Below are positions 1-8,587 of a DNA stretch of 64,000 nt, in pieces. The notes under the pieces were generated by a model, which was given only the letters and a program-made list of their open reading frames with translations, did not search any database and was not told the origin of the DNA. Origin of the DNA: Eubacteriales bacterium (GTDB lineage: Bacteria; Bacillota; Clostridia; Oscillospirales; CAG-272); assembly GCA_045597145.1 (NCBI GenBank), contig JAZODU010000023.1, positions 2,987 through 66,986 of the forward strand, given 5' to 3'. The stretch's first letter is position 1. Each line of letters begins with the position of its first letter. The position numbers and the translations under genes are program-made.

Positions 1-1028
1 GCGATCTCGGGCAGCAAGAGAATGACGCCCTTGTCGCGCGCCAGCAGTCGGTCGATCAACGCCGTCATAACGACGGTCTTGCCGCTTCCCGTCACGCCGT
101 GCAGAAGTGCCGCACGGGGCTCGCCCGAAAAAGCAAGCTCCGAAAGCGTTTCCACCGCCTCCTGCTGCTCCCCGTTGAGAGACAGCGGTGTCGCGCCCAC
201 AAAGGGGGCTGCGCCGTACGGGTTGCGCTCGGTGCGCTTTTCCTCCACCGCAAGGATCCCTTTTTCCAGCATGGTCTTCAGGGGAGACGCCGTCACGCCC
301 GTTGCGTCGCGCAATTCGCTCGCCGTCATGGGCACGTCGCTCTCCAGCAGTGCCGTGAGCACCTGCCTCTGCTTGTCCGAGGTGAGCTTTTTTCCGTCGC
401 ACGTGCCGCCGTCGATCAACGCGTACGCGTCCGCGCGCGAAAGACAGACGCGATAGGTGCGCTCGGTCTTTCCCTCGGATGCGTCCTGCAAGATCACGCG
501 CTTTTGCACGTGCCCCATGCGGCAGAGTCTGCGCAGATGCGGCTCAACGCTCACGCCGAAGCGATGGCGCAAGCGGTCGTAGCGCACCTCGCCGTTTTCC
601 CTGATGAAGTCATATACGAACAAATCCGACGATGGAATGTCGTCGGAGGCGGTCGGTATAGGATCCGCAGGCAGGCTGTAAAGCTTGACCAGACGGGACA
701 GTGCCGACGCCGGGATCATGGTCCTGACCGCGTCCCCCGTCGTGCACAGCGTGCGCAGCTTCATAAAGTTGCAAAGCCCCAGCATCTCCTCGCTAAGGGA
801 GAGATGCTCGGGGCACACAGCCACGATCGCCTTGGTTTCGGCGTATTCGGATGTATCCTTAAGCTCTCGGACAAGCGCCAGACGTCGGTGATTTGCCGTT
901 CCGAACGGAACCGTGACAAACGCACCGACGCCGACATCCTCGCGCAGCTCGGTCGGTATTCTGTAATCGTATACGCCGTCAATGGAAAACGGCGCGTCCA
1001 GAAGACTCACTCCCGCGAAATTGCTCAA
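1..1028 (-). CDS. priA: primosomal protein N' (PriA helicase), N-terminal part; gene runs off the left edge of the window
   Basis: Minus-strand frame is open to the window edge. Translation from TTG at 1028 (GGAGGA upstream) gives LSNFAGVSLLDAPFSIDGVYDYRIP...VTVPFG. Near nt 60-130 it reads LLHGVTGSGKT...LLLPEIA (PriA Walker A region). It lies downstream of rpoZ, as in Firmicutes. It is absent from the ORF track because it is truncated. Confidence 0.85.
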   Translation of the reverse strand, partial: MSNFAGVSLLDAPFSIDGVYDYRIPTELREDVGVGAFVTVPFGTANHRRLALVRELKDTSEYAETKAIVAVCPEHLSLSEEMLGLCNFMKLRTLCTTGDAVRTMIPASALSRLVKLYSLPADPIPTASDDIPSSDLFVYDFIRENGEVRYDRLRHRFGVSVEPHLRRLCRMGHVQKRVILQDASEGKTERTYRVCLSRADAYALIDGGTCDGKKLTSDKQRQVLTALLESDVPMTASELRDATGVTASPLKTMLEKGILAVEEKRTERNPYGAAPFVGATPLSLNGEQQEAVETLSELAFSGEPRAALLHGVTGSGKTVVMTALIDRLLARDKGVILLLPEI

Positions 1029-1042
1029 GGTGTCCTCCGCTT

Positions 1043-1351
1043 TTATTCTTCAACAGGTTCCGCGTCAGCCTCTTCCGCCTCGCGCTCGCCTGCGTGTACG
1101 TCGATCTCGTATTCGCCCGCGTTGATGCGGTTGACCGCAACGTGTACCGCCTTTTCGTCGCGCAGCTCGCGGTCGATCATGGTGTTGATCGGTCTGTCGG
1201 TCTCCTTGTTGCCGGTCTGCGACTTTTCCGCCAGGTCGTGCTGACGCACGTACTCGTCGGTGATCAGGCGCGCGCACTTGGCGGTTGCCAGTGCCAGCTC
1301 GTAACGGTTGTATTGACCCTTGGTCAACTCTTCAATGGTAGGGTGCAGCAT
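1043..1351 (-). CDS. rpoZ: DNA-directed RNA polymerase subunit omega
   Basis: ORF 1043..1375. The internal ATG at 1351 is preceded by AAGGAG. MLHPTIEELTKGQYNRYELALATAKCAR is a typical omega N-terminus, and the gene follows gmk. Confidence 0.9.
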   Translation of the reverse strand: MLHPTIEELTKGQYNRYELALATAKCARLITDEYVRQHDLAEKSQTGNKETDRPINTMIDRELRDEKAVHVAVNRINAGEYEIDVHAGEREAEEADAEPVEE

Positions 1352-1386
1352 AATGTTTTCTCCTTGTGTATGCAAAGTTTTATGTA

Positions 1387-2001
1387 TTAGCTTTCAAAGT
1401 ACTTGACGTGCGCGTCGGGATGTCTTCTGACCGCACACTTTTCACAGCGGACCACCGCCATGATCTCGTCGGCACATTCGTCGATCGCGCCGTCCTCGTT
1501 GTAAACCAAGTAGTCGTATCGGGGCAGGTAGGTCATCTCCTCGCGCGTGCGTGCAAGTCTGCCCTGAATGACCTCCTCGCTCTCGGTTCCGCGTCCGCGC
1601 AACCGCTTTTCCTGCTCGGAAAAGGAGGGGGGCATGAGCATGATCAAAACCGCGTCGGGATAGAGCCGCTTGACGTTCATCGCGCCCTCGACCTCGATCT
1701 CAAGCAAGAGATCCTCGCCCGCATCGATCACGCGCATCGCCTCGTGCAGGGGCGTGCCGTAGTAGTTCCCGTTATACAGGGTGTATTCCAGCATCTCACC
1801 CGATGCGATCCGCCTCTCAAATTCCTCCCACGAGATGAAATGGTAGTGAACGCCGTCCACCTCGCCCTCGCGCGGTGCTCGCGTGGTTGCAGATACCGAA
1901 AACGCAAAGCGTCCCTTCTGCATCAAGCGCTCTCTCACGGTTCCCTTGCCGCTGCCCGAGGGTCCCGACAGTACGGTCAACAATCCTTTTTCCACGGTCA
2001 T
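1387..2001 (-). CDS. gmk: guanylate kinase
   Basis: [12 protein letters not shown]-loop, [19 protein letters not shown] and YYGT motifs. The length (204 aa) fits. Confidence 0.95.
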   Translation of the reverse strand: MTVEKGLLTVLSGPSGSGKGTVRERLMQKGRFAFSVSATTRAPREGEVDGVHYHFISWEEFERRIASGEMLEYTLYNGNYYGTPLHEAMRVIDAGEDLLLEIEVEGAMNVKRLYPDAVLIMLMPPSFSEQEKRLRGRGTESEEVIQGRLARTREEMTYLPRYDYLVYNEDGAIDECADEIMAVVRCEKCAVRRHPDAHVKYFES

Positions 2002-2273
2002 ACCTCTCCTTCCTCGTCTGCTACGTCATCCTCGCCCGCGGTGTTATCCAAGCGGTTTGCGATCGTTTCGGTCTGGATCGCGGAGAGGATCACATGCTCG
2101 GAATCGGTAATGATGACTGCGCGCGTGCGTCTGCCGCAGGTCACGTCGATCGCACGTCCGTCATCCTTGGAGTCCTGAATCAATCTCTTGATCGGCGCGG
2201 AGTCGGGGTTGGCAATTGCCACCACGCGGTCCGCGGCCACCATGTTTCCAAAGCCCACGTTGATAAATTTCAT
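1998..2273 (-). CDS. remA: RemA/DUF370 family regulatory protein
   Basis: [33 protein letters not shown]... is typical RemA. Its stop overlaps the gmk start (ATGA-type coupling), and the order yicC-remA-gmk is conserved. Confidence 0.9.
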   Translation of the reverse strand: MKFINVGFGNMVAADRVVAIANPDSAPIKRLIQDSKDDGRAIDVTCGRRTRAVIITDSEHVILSAIQTETIANRLDNTAGEDDVADEEGEV

Positions 2274-2284
2274 AGCACTCCTCC

Positions 2285-3172
2285 TTACTCCAGATTCTGG
2301 ATCTGCTCGCGGATCTTCTCAAGCTCGCACTTGACGTCCACCACGTGCCGCGCGATGGCGGCATCGGAGCATTTTGATCCGGTCGTGTTGATCTCGCGGT
2401 TCATCTCCTGCATCAAAAAATCCAGCTTGCGCCCCACGGGCTCGCCGCAGGAAAGGATCTCCTCGAAGGAATCGAAATGCGTGCGCAGGCGCACCGTCTC
2501 CTCGTCCACGGCGACCTTGTCGGCGTGGATGGCACACTCGGTCAGAAGCCGCGACTCGTCAAGCGTGATATGATTGTCCTCCAGTGCCTCGCGGATGCGC
2601 TGTGCCAGACGCTCGCGGTAGGTGGAGATATCCTTTTCGGAGAGCTTTTCGATCTCTGTCACGTGCTCCTTGACAGCTTCCATCTTGGCGCGCAGATCGA
2701 CAGCAAGGCTCTCGCCCTCGCGCTCGCGCACCGCAAGGAATGCGTCGGTCGCCTTTTGCAGCACCGAGAGCACCCGCGCCCAATCGCGCTCCACGTCCTC
2801 CTCGGGCTTTTGCACGAGAAAAAGGCTTTGGTTGCGCGCCACGCTCATAACCGTTATGTCGTCGCGCAGACCGTACGCGTCGCGCATACGGTAGAGCGCG
2901 TCAAGATACCCTTGCAGATAGCCCTCGTCCAGCGCGATCTGCACGCTGCCCGAGTCCATGACCTCCACACCGATCCACACGTCCACCTTTCCGCGGGACA
3001 CTCCGCGCCCCATCAGGTAAGGCTTGACGCGCTCCTCAAGATAGCCGTACGCGCGGCTGATCTTGGTCGTGCAATCCAAAAAGCGGCTGTTGACCGATTT
3101 GATCTCCACGGTGATGTCCAGCCCGTCCACGGTTTCGCGGCAACGACCGAACCCCGTCATGCTTCGAATCAT
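2285..3172 (-). CDS. YicC/YloC family stress-induced endoribonuclease-like protein
   Basis: ORF 2285..3220. The start was moved to the ATG at 3172 (GGAGGAG upstream), giving [10 protein letters not shown], the hallmark YicC N-terminus. Confidence 0.85.
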   Translation of the reverse strand: MIRSMTGFGRCRETVDGLDITVEIKSVNSRFLDCTTKISRAYGYLEERVKPYLMGRGVSRGKVDVWIGVEVMDSGSVQIALDEGYLQGYLDALYRMRDAYGLRDDITVMSVARNQSLFLVQKPEEDVERDWARVLSVLQKATDAFLAVREREGESLAVDLRAKMEAVKEHVTEIEKLSEKDISTYRERLAQRIREALEDNHITLDESRLLTECAIHADKVAVDEETVRLRTHFDSFEEILSCGEPVGRKLDFLMQEMNREINTTGSKCSDAAIARHVVDVKCELEKIREQIQNLE

Positions 3173-3281
3173 GCGCTCTCTCCTCCCCAAAAATAGCGAT
3201 ATATAATTATTGTACCGCATTTTATTATAAAAGTCAATATATATTCAACATTTTTTCGGCGCAAAATTTTCACACCGCCGC

Positions 3282-3310
3282 TTGCTTTTTGCCGCGCGGC
3301 GTGCTATAAT
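3282..3310 (+). promoter_or_regulatory. sigma-A type promoter: TTGCTT, 17-nt spacer, TGcTATAAT
   Basis: -35 TTGCTT at 3282-3287 and extended -10 TGCTATAAT at 3302-3310, with a 17-nt spacer. It lies about 40 nt upstream of the mini-ORF and activase. Confidence 0.55.
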
Positions 3311-3349
3311 GGCATGGAAAAGCACTTGCAGGAGCAAGGAGGTGCGCGC

Positions 3350-3469
3350 ATGAACGAGCAGGCGCGATGGATGCGATCCGATCGTGCGCGCGGGCGGCTA
3401 TTCCGAGTATTTCACAAGCTCGCGCCCGACATTCGGGATGCCGTTATCGCACGCACGTTATTTGAATAA
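3350..3469 (+). pseudogene. remnant of a glycyl radical enzyme C-terminus, split over two reading frames (39-codon ORF MNEQARW...LAPDIRDAVIARTLFE)
   Basis: One frame reads DPIVRAGGYSEYF (3375-3413; compare the RVxGY glycine-radical motif). The ATG frame reads KLAPDIRDAVIARTLFE-stop (compare the ..L...Q.DVI.RT.. tail of PflB-like enzymes). AAGGAGG precedes the ATG at 3350. Confidence 0.5.
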
Positions 3470-3478
3470 GGAGCTTTT

Positions 3479-4393
3479 ATGGAACTTACGGGACGTATAT
3501 TGAATATTCAGCATTTTTGCGTGGACGACGGCCCCGGAATCCGCACCACGGTCTTTTTCAAGGGCTGCCCCTTGCGCTGTGCGTGGTGCCACAATCCCGA
3601 GTCGCAGGAGGCGCACGCCGAGCTGATCCTGCGCGCCGACCGTTGCGCGCGCTGCGGTGCGTGCGTATCGGCGTGTCCCGCGGGCGCGCACGCGCTCACA
3701 AGCGAGGGGCACGTGCTTGACCGTGACAAATGCGTGCGCTGTATGCTCTGTGTGAGCGTCTGCCGCTACGACGCGCTTGAAACGGCGGGCAAGGACATGA
3801 CGGTTTCCGAGGTGCTGGCAGACGTTTTGAACGACCGCATTTTTTACAACACCTCGCACGGCGGTATCACGCTGTCGGGCGGCGAGCCGACCGCACAGCC
3901 GTGCTTTGCCGAGGCACTCCTTGCCGCCGCACACGAGGCGAGGATCGAGACCGCCATGGAGACCTGCGCCTTTTGCCCCACCGACACGCTCCTGCGTCTT
4001 GCCTCGCACACCGATCTTTTTCTGATCGACTGGAAGCTCGGGAACGATGACCTCCACCGTCAATTCACGGGGAGTTCCAACGCGCTCATCCGCGAAAACC
4101 TCGCACGTCTGTGCGAAATCGGCGCGCGCGTCGTCCTACGCTGCCCCCTGATCCCCGACGTGAATCTGACCGAGGAGCACTACGACAGCATCGTCGCGCT
4201 GGCAAACGCGCACGGAAATATCGAGCAGATCGATCTGGAAGGCTATCACCCGATGGGCGTGAGCAAATCGGAGGTGCTCGGAAAGACCGCCGCCTACCGA
4301 AACGGTGCGTTTCTTGAGCGGCACGCGGTCGGAGCCGTACAGCAATCCATCGCCGCGCGCGTCCGCATCCCCGTCATGATCTCGGGCGGATGA
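3479..4393 (+). CDS. glycyl-radical enzyme activating protein (radical SAM with two extra 4Fe-4S ferredoxin motifs)
   Basis: Contains CPLRCAWCHNPES (CxxxCxxC) after VDDGPGIRTTVFFKGC, then CARCGACVSACP and CVRCMLCVSVC, and GGITLSGGEP. Confidence 0.9.
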   Translation: MELTGRILNIQHFCVDDGPGIRTTVFFKGCPLRCAWCHNPESQEAHAELILRADRCARCGACVSACPAGAHALTSEGHVLDRDKCVRCMLCVSVCRYDALETAGKDMTVSEVLADVLNDRIFYNTSHGGITLSGGEPTAQPCFAEALLAAAHEARIETAMETCAFCPTDTLLRLASHTDLFLIDWKLGNDDLHRQFTGSSNALIRENLARLCEIGARVVLRCPLIPDVNLTEEHYDSIVALANAHGNIEQIDLEGYHPMGVSKSEVLGKTAAYRNGAFLERHAVGAVQQSIAARVRIPVMISGG

Positions 4394-4407
4394 GCGTCAT
4401 AACACAG

Positions 4408-4438
4408 CAAAAAACGCCGTCAAAGACGGCGTTTTTTC
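4408..4438. terminator. bidirectional intrinsic terminator between the activase gene and hpt
   Basis: AAAAAACGCCGTC-aaa-GACGGCGTTTTTT: a 9-bp GC stem flanked by an A-run and a T-run, between convergent genes. Confidence 0.75.
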
Positions 4439-4455
4439 AATGCTGTCGCAGAGGC

Positions 4456-5025
4456 TCAGTCGGCATCCTCCGCGGACTCGCTGTACTCGGCTATGTAAGG
4501 CAGGTTGCGGTAATACTCGCCGCAATCAAGGCCGTAACCGATCACGAAATGATCGGGTATGGTAAAAAGGGAGAAATCTGCCTTGAAATCCACGAGGCGG
4601 CGTGAGGGCTTGTCCAGAAGTGTCACGACGTGAAGCGAGATCGGGTTGCGCCCCTTGAGGAGCTTTACGATATCGTTCAGCGTCCTGCCCGTGTCGATGA
4701 TATCCTCCACGATCACGACGTGGTAGTTGCTGATGTCCTGATCCAGATCCATGGTGATCTGCACCACGCCCGAGGAAACCGTGTCTGCGTAGTAGCTTTT
4801 TGCGCACATAAAGCCGATCTCGCAGGGGACGCTGACCGCGCGGCAGAGATCCGCCATAAACACGAACGCGCCCTTGAGAATGCTGACGAGCAAAACGGGA
4901 CGCCCGTCGTAGAGCTTGTCGATCTCGCGGCCCGCCTTGGCGATCGCCTCCTTGATCTGCTCCTCGGTGATCAGAATGCTTTTAATGCGCTTTTCAAAGT
5001 CTTGAATGGAATGAATTTTTTTCAT
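4456..5025 (-). CDS. hpt: hypoxanthine phosphoribosyltransferase
   Basis: ORF 4456..5106. The start was set to the ATG at 5025 (GAGGTG upstream), giving MKKIHSIQDFEKRIK. VVIVEDIIDTGRTL is the PRPP-binding motif. Confidence 0.9.
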   Translation of the reverse strand: MKKIHSIQDFEKRIKSILITEEQIKEAIAKAGREIDKLYDGRPVLLVSILKGAFVFMADLCRAVSVPCEIGFMCAKSYYADTVSSGVVQITMDLDQDISNYHVVIVEDIIDTGRTLNDIVKLLKGRNPISLHVVTLLDKPSRRLVDFKADFSLFTIPDHFVIGYGLDCGEYYRNLPYIAEYSESAEDAD

Positions 5026-5121
5026 ACACACCTCACTGCTTGTCGTTGGAAATATGCGATACCTTATTGTACCACTTTTTCTCGTATTTTTCAACAACTT
5101 TGTCACATTTTGATCAACAAT

Positions 5122-5331
5122 TTAATTCCTTCCGCGCTCACACCCGTCAAGCAGGGCGGCGTATTCCTCCCATCTCTCCGCGCGGATCGGCATAACGGGA
5201 TGCCGCACGTCGTCAAAGCACAAAACCAGCGCGGGCGAGATCCCACGGTAGTCGTCCGTAAAATAGTAGCCTGTCAGCTTCCCCTCGCCGATCAATCGCT
5301 TGGCGGTTGCGTGATAATTAAAATATGCCAT
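5122..5331 (-). CDS. small conserved hypothetical protein (69 aa)
   Basis: Clean ORF with non-repetitive composition (MAYFNYHATAKRLIGEGKLTGYYF...). I do not recognise a function. Confidence 0.5.
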   Translation of the reverse strand: MAYFNYHATAKRLIGEGKLTGYYFTDDYRGISPALVLCFDDVRHPVMPIRAERWEEYAALLDGCERGRN

Positions 5332-5420
5332 ACTGTTCTCCTGTCAAGTTCAGTATTGCCTTATAAACGCGCAAAAAAACGGCAATACTTCATATATCAA
5401 ATAAAAAAGGAGAATGTACT

Positions 5421-5855
5421 ATGATTGAACAGGATACGATCCGCCTGCTGCGCGAATGTGACGCAGGCGTACAAATGGGCGTTTCCTCCATCGGAGAGGT
5501 GCTGGACTACGTCAAATCGGGAGATCTGAAAAAGAAGCTTTCCGCGTGCCGCGACGAGCACGAAACGCTCAAGCGCGAAATTCTGGAGCAGCTTGACCGC
5601 TTCCACGACGAGGGCAAGAACCCCAATCCCATTGCCAAGGGTATGTCGTGGATCAAGACCAACGTCAAGCTGGCGTTTTCCGAGTCAGACAAAACCATCG
5701 CCGCTCTGATCACGGACGGCTGCAACATGGGCGTCAAGTCCCTCAACCAATACCTGAATCAGTACGAGGCGGCAGACGAGGTCTCCAAGGACATCACCAA
5801 GCGGCTGATCAACCTCGAGGAGCAGCTCGCCATCGACATCCGCGCCTATCTTTGA
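5421..5855 (+). CDS. hypothetical helical protein (144 aa)
   Basis: AAGGAG lies 7 nt upstream of the ATG. The sequence is helical and charged. I do not confidently recognise the family. Confidence 0.6.
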   Translation: MIEQDTIRLLRECDAGVQMGVSSIGEVLDYVKSGDLKKKLSACRDEHETLKREILEQLDRFHDEGKNPNPIAKGMSWIKTNVKLAFSESDKTIAALITDGCNMGVKSLNQYLNQYEAADEVSKDITKRLINLEEQLAIDIRAYL

Positions 5856-5870
5856 TTGCGGGGGGACACA

Positions 5871-5906
5871 TTGTGGGGGAACCTTTTTCAAAAGGTTCCC
5901 CCACAA
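5871..5906. repeat. family A palindrome (TTGTGGGGGAACCTTTT-TC-AAAAGGTTCCCCCACAA)
   Basis: Perfect 17-bp arms, 16 nt after the stop of 5421..5855. It belongs to the family seen at 11 sites in this window. Confidence 0.8.
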
Positions 5907-6023
5907 CCCTTTCAAAGCCTTCACCGCATGGGTACCCACGAAGTGAGAGCCTAATATAGCCTCTCACTTTGGGAGATGGTGTCATATGCCACAAGTGGCA
6001 AGCAACGGAGAGGGCAAGGTTTG
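5907..6023 (+). repeat. composite intergenic repeat: family B (CCCTTTCAAA..TTCACCGCATGGG) followed by family C
   Basis: The B part recurs at 27373-27411 and 63729-63763. The C part (..AGCCTCTCAC..GGTGTCATATGCC..GGCAA..ACGGAGAGGGC) recurs at 19623-19699 (inverted), 27851-27884 (partial, inverted) and 63806-63885. Confidence 0.75.
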
Positions 6024-6174
6024 CGCCACCGCCCCTTAAAATCAAGGGGCGGCTTCCCCAATCGCAAAAAGGCACCGCTTGGTTTGCGGTGCCTTTTGGG
6101 GTCTATAAAGTCTGTTTTGTGAAACGCTTTTCGAGAAACGCGCGGCGTGTCGCTTGAAAAGCCCCCGTGCCGCC

Positions 6175-7026
6175 TTACAGAACGACCGTTTCGCCGGCTT
6201 TTACGCAATAGAGCTTGCCTTTGCGCGTAAACCAGAGGTCGATGGCGGTGGGATTATAGACCTTGTCCATATTCATAGAGAAGATCAGACGGTGCCAAGC
6301 ATCAATATAATCGTAGATCTCGATGTTGGTCGCATACCAAATATCGTTACGCTTTCCGATATCGGCGGCAAAATTCTCGATAATCTCCCAGTTGTTGTCG
6401 CACTCAAACTCGTAGGAGTGCCCCCAGACGTAGAAAAGCATGGGCGCATCGCCTGCATGCGGATTTGCCTCGGCAAAGCTCTTGGTCAGCTCGCCCAGGC
6501 GCGCATTGGCGTGGTGGCAGGTTGCGGGCATACGCAGCCAATCGGTGGGAATGTCAAATTTTTCGGTGGACTTGGTCGTGCGGCAGTAAACGATCCCCGC
6601 GTTGCGCAGTGCCTCCACGGTTTCGTCGTTGTACGTGCCGTAGGGATATGCGCCGCCGCGCACGATCACGCCGAACTCTTCCTCCAGCGTTGCGCGGTCG
6701 CGCAGGATCTCATACGCCGCCTGCGGTGCGGGCATACTTTCCAGGTGAGGGTGGGTGTAGGAGTGGATCGCAACCTCCATGCCCGATTCGCTGTAGAGCT
6801 TGATTGCCTCGGCGCGCGACATGCGGCAATGCCGCCACTCGCCCGTCGGACGCTCGTATCCTTCGGCATTATAGGAGCCGCTGTTGACGTTGAACGTACC
6901 TTTGAGCCCGCCCTCCTTCATGATGGAGATCAGACGCTCGTCCTCGATCACCGCGTCGTCGTAGCTGAGTGTCAGTGCCTTTGCAAGCCCTTTCGGGAAG
7001 CGCATTTGCATCGTATGGTTTGCCAT
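6175..7026 (-). CDS. polysaccharide deacetylase family protein (CE4-like)
   Basis: ORF 6175..7155. The start was set to the ATG at 7026 (AAGGAGG upstream). LTLSYDDAV, AIHSYTHPHL and WGHSYEF motifs are typical of this family. Confidence 0.8.
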   Translation of the reverse strand: MANHTMQMRFPKGLAKALTLSYDDAVIEDERLISIMKEGGLKGTFNVNSGSYNAEGYERPTGEWRHCRMSRAEAIKLYSESGMEVAIHSYTHPHLESMPAPQAAYEILRDRATLEEEFGVIVRGGAYPYGTYNDETVEALRNAGIVYCRTTKSTEKFDIPTDWLRMPATCHHANARLGELTKSFAEANPHAGDAPMLFYVWGHSYEFECDNNWEIIENFAADIGKRNDIWYATNIEIYDYIDAWHRLIFSMNMDKVYNPTAIDLWFTRKGKLYCVKAGETVVL

Positions 7027-7253
7027 AATTGCCTCCTTGCTTTGTACATTATCTTTATTATAGCACCGCCTGCGGCAAATGTCAACCGCCGGTGCATTTT
7101 TTCTTTTTATCACAGTTCTGTCGGTTTTATGCAGCAAAACGAATATTTTCTGCATATTTATTCACTTTGCGAATATATTCTGCCCAAAAAGCGGCACAAA
7201 AGAAGGAAGGCGTTGTGCAAAATATAAAATATAAATAATTTTGCGAAAAGGGG

Positions 7254-7282
7254 TTGACAATTTTCACGCCGTGTTGTATAAT
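7254..7282 (+). promoter_or_regulatory. sigma-A promoter of the arg cluster: TTGACA, 17-nt spacer, TATAAT
   Basis: TTGACA at 7254-7259 and TATAAT at 7277-7282, about 50 nt upstream of the argG start. Confidence 0.6.
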
Positions 7283-7330
7283 TATGCACATCAAATTCAA
7301 AATTGCAGAAATGCTTCGGAGGAAATCAAA

Positions 7331-8560
7331 ATGAGTAACAAATCTGTAAAAAAAGTCGTTCTGGCTTATTCGGGCGGTCTGGACACGTCCATTATCATTC
7401 CGTGGCTCAAGGAGAACTACGGCAACCCCGAAATCATCGCCGTTTCCGGTAACGTCGGACAGGCAGACGAATTGGAGGGTCTGGAGGAAAAGGCACTCAA
7501 GACGGGCGCATCCAAGCTCTACATCGAGGACCTGACCGAGGAGTTCGTTGAGGAGATGATCATTCCCTCGGTTCAGGCGGGAGCTAAGTACGAGGAGTAT
7601 CTGATGGGTACGGCTCTGGCGCGCCCCGTCATCGGCAAGCGTCTGGCGGAGATCGCCATTGCAGAGGGCGCAGACGCCATCTGTCACGGCTGCACGGGTA
7701 AGGGCAACGATCAGGTGCGCTTCGAGCTCGCCATCAAGGCGTTCGCTCCCGGCATGAAAATCATCGCCCCCTGGCGCGAGTGGGACATCAAGTCCCGCGA
7801 GGAGGAGATCGAGTACGCAGAAGCACACAACGTGCCGCTCAAGATCAACCGCGAAACCAACTATTCCAAGGATAAGAATATGTGGCACCTCTCCCACGAG
7901 GGCATGGATCTGGAGGACGCAGGCAACGAGCCGCTTTACGAAAAGCCCGGATTCCTGGAAATGAGCGTATCCCCCATGCAGGCACCCGACGCGCCCACCT
8001 ACCTCACGCTTGAGTTCGAGGCAGGCCGCCCCGTCGCGCTTGACGGCGTAAAGATGAGCGCCAAGGAGATCATCCTCAAGCTCAATGAGCTCGGCGGCGC
8101 AAACGGCATTGGTCTTCTCGACATCGTCGAAAATCGCTTGGTCGGCATGAAGTGCCGCGGCGTGTACGAAACGCCCGGCGGCGCGATCCTCTATTTCGCA
8201 CACAACTACCTTGAAACCCTGTGCCTTGACAAAATGACCATGCACAAGAAGCAGGAGCTCTCCGTCACCTTTGGCGAGCTGCTCTACAACGGTCAGTGGT
8301 ACACCCCCCTGCGCGAGGCACTCTCCGCGTTCGTTACCAAAACGCAGGAGCACGTCACGGGTAAAGTCAAGATCAAGCTCTACAAGGGCAACATGATCAA
8401 GGCGGGCGCATGGAGCGACTGGTCGCTCTACTCCGAGGAGATCGCAACCTTTGGCGAGGATCACGTTTACGACCAAACCGACAGCAAGGGCTTCATCAAC
8501 CTCTGGGGTCTTCCCATCTCGGTTCAGGCGCAGGTTGCGGCAAAGAACAAGAACAAGTAA
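7331..8560 (+). CDS. argG: argininosuccinate synthase
   Basis: ORF 7241..8560. The start is at ATG 7331 (GGAGGA upstream). [20 protein letters not shown] plus [14 protein letters not shown]. Confidence 0.95.
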   Translation: MSNKSVKKVVLAYSGGLDTSIIIPWLKENYGNPEIIAVSGNVGQADELEGLEEKALKTGASKLYIEDLTEEFVEEMIIPSVQAGAKYEEYLMGTALARPVIGKRLAEIAIAEGADAICHGCTGKGNDQVRFELAIKAFAPGMKIIAPWREWDIKSREEEIEYAEAHNVPLKINRETNYSKDKNMWHLSHEGMDLEDAGNEPLYEKPGFLEMSVSPMQAPDAPTYLTLEFEAGRPVALDGVKMSAKEIILKLNELGGANGIGLLDIVENRLVGMKCRGVYETPGGAILYFAHNYLETLCLDKMTMHKKQELSVTFGELLYNGQWYTPLREALSAFVTKTQEHVTGKVKIKLYKGNMIKAGAWSDWSLYSEEIATFGEDHVYDQTDSKGFINLWGLPISVQAQVAAKNKNK

Positions 8561-8587
8561 TTTTCAAACACCAAAGGAAACAGAAAC

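Noticed and set aside
99-1244. 381-aa plus-strand ORF at the left edge, plus similar long antisense ORFs at 7127..8476, 14395..15786, 19871..21328, 47335..48705, 52047..53360 and 9850..10968
   Set aside because: All lie opposite genes with clear family motifs (priA, argG, argF, glutamine synthetase, lysK, dut/isomerase, argC). All have the Arg/His/Gly-rich shadow composition.
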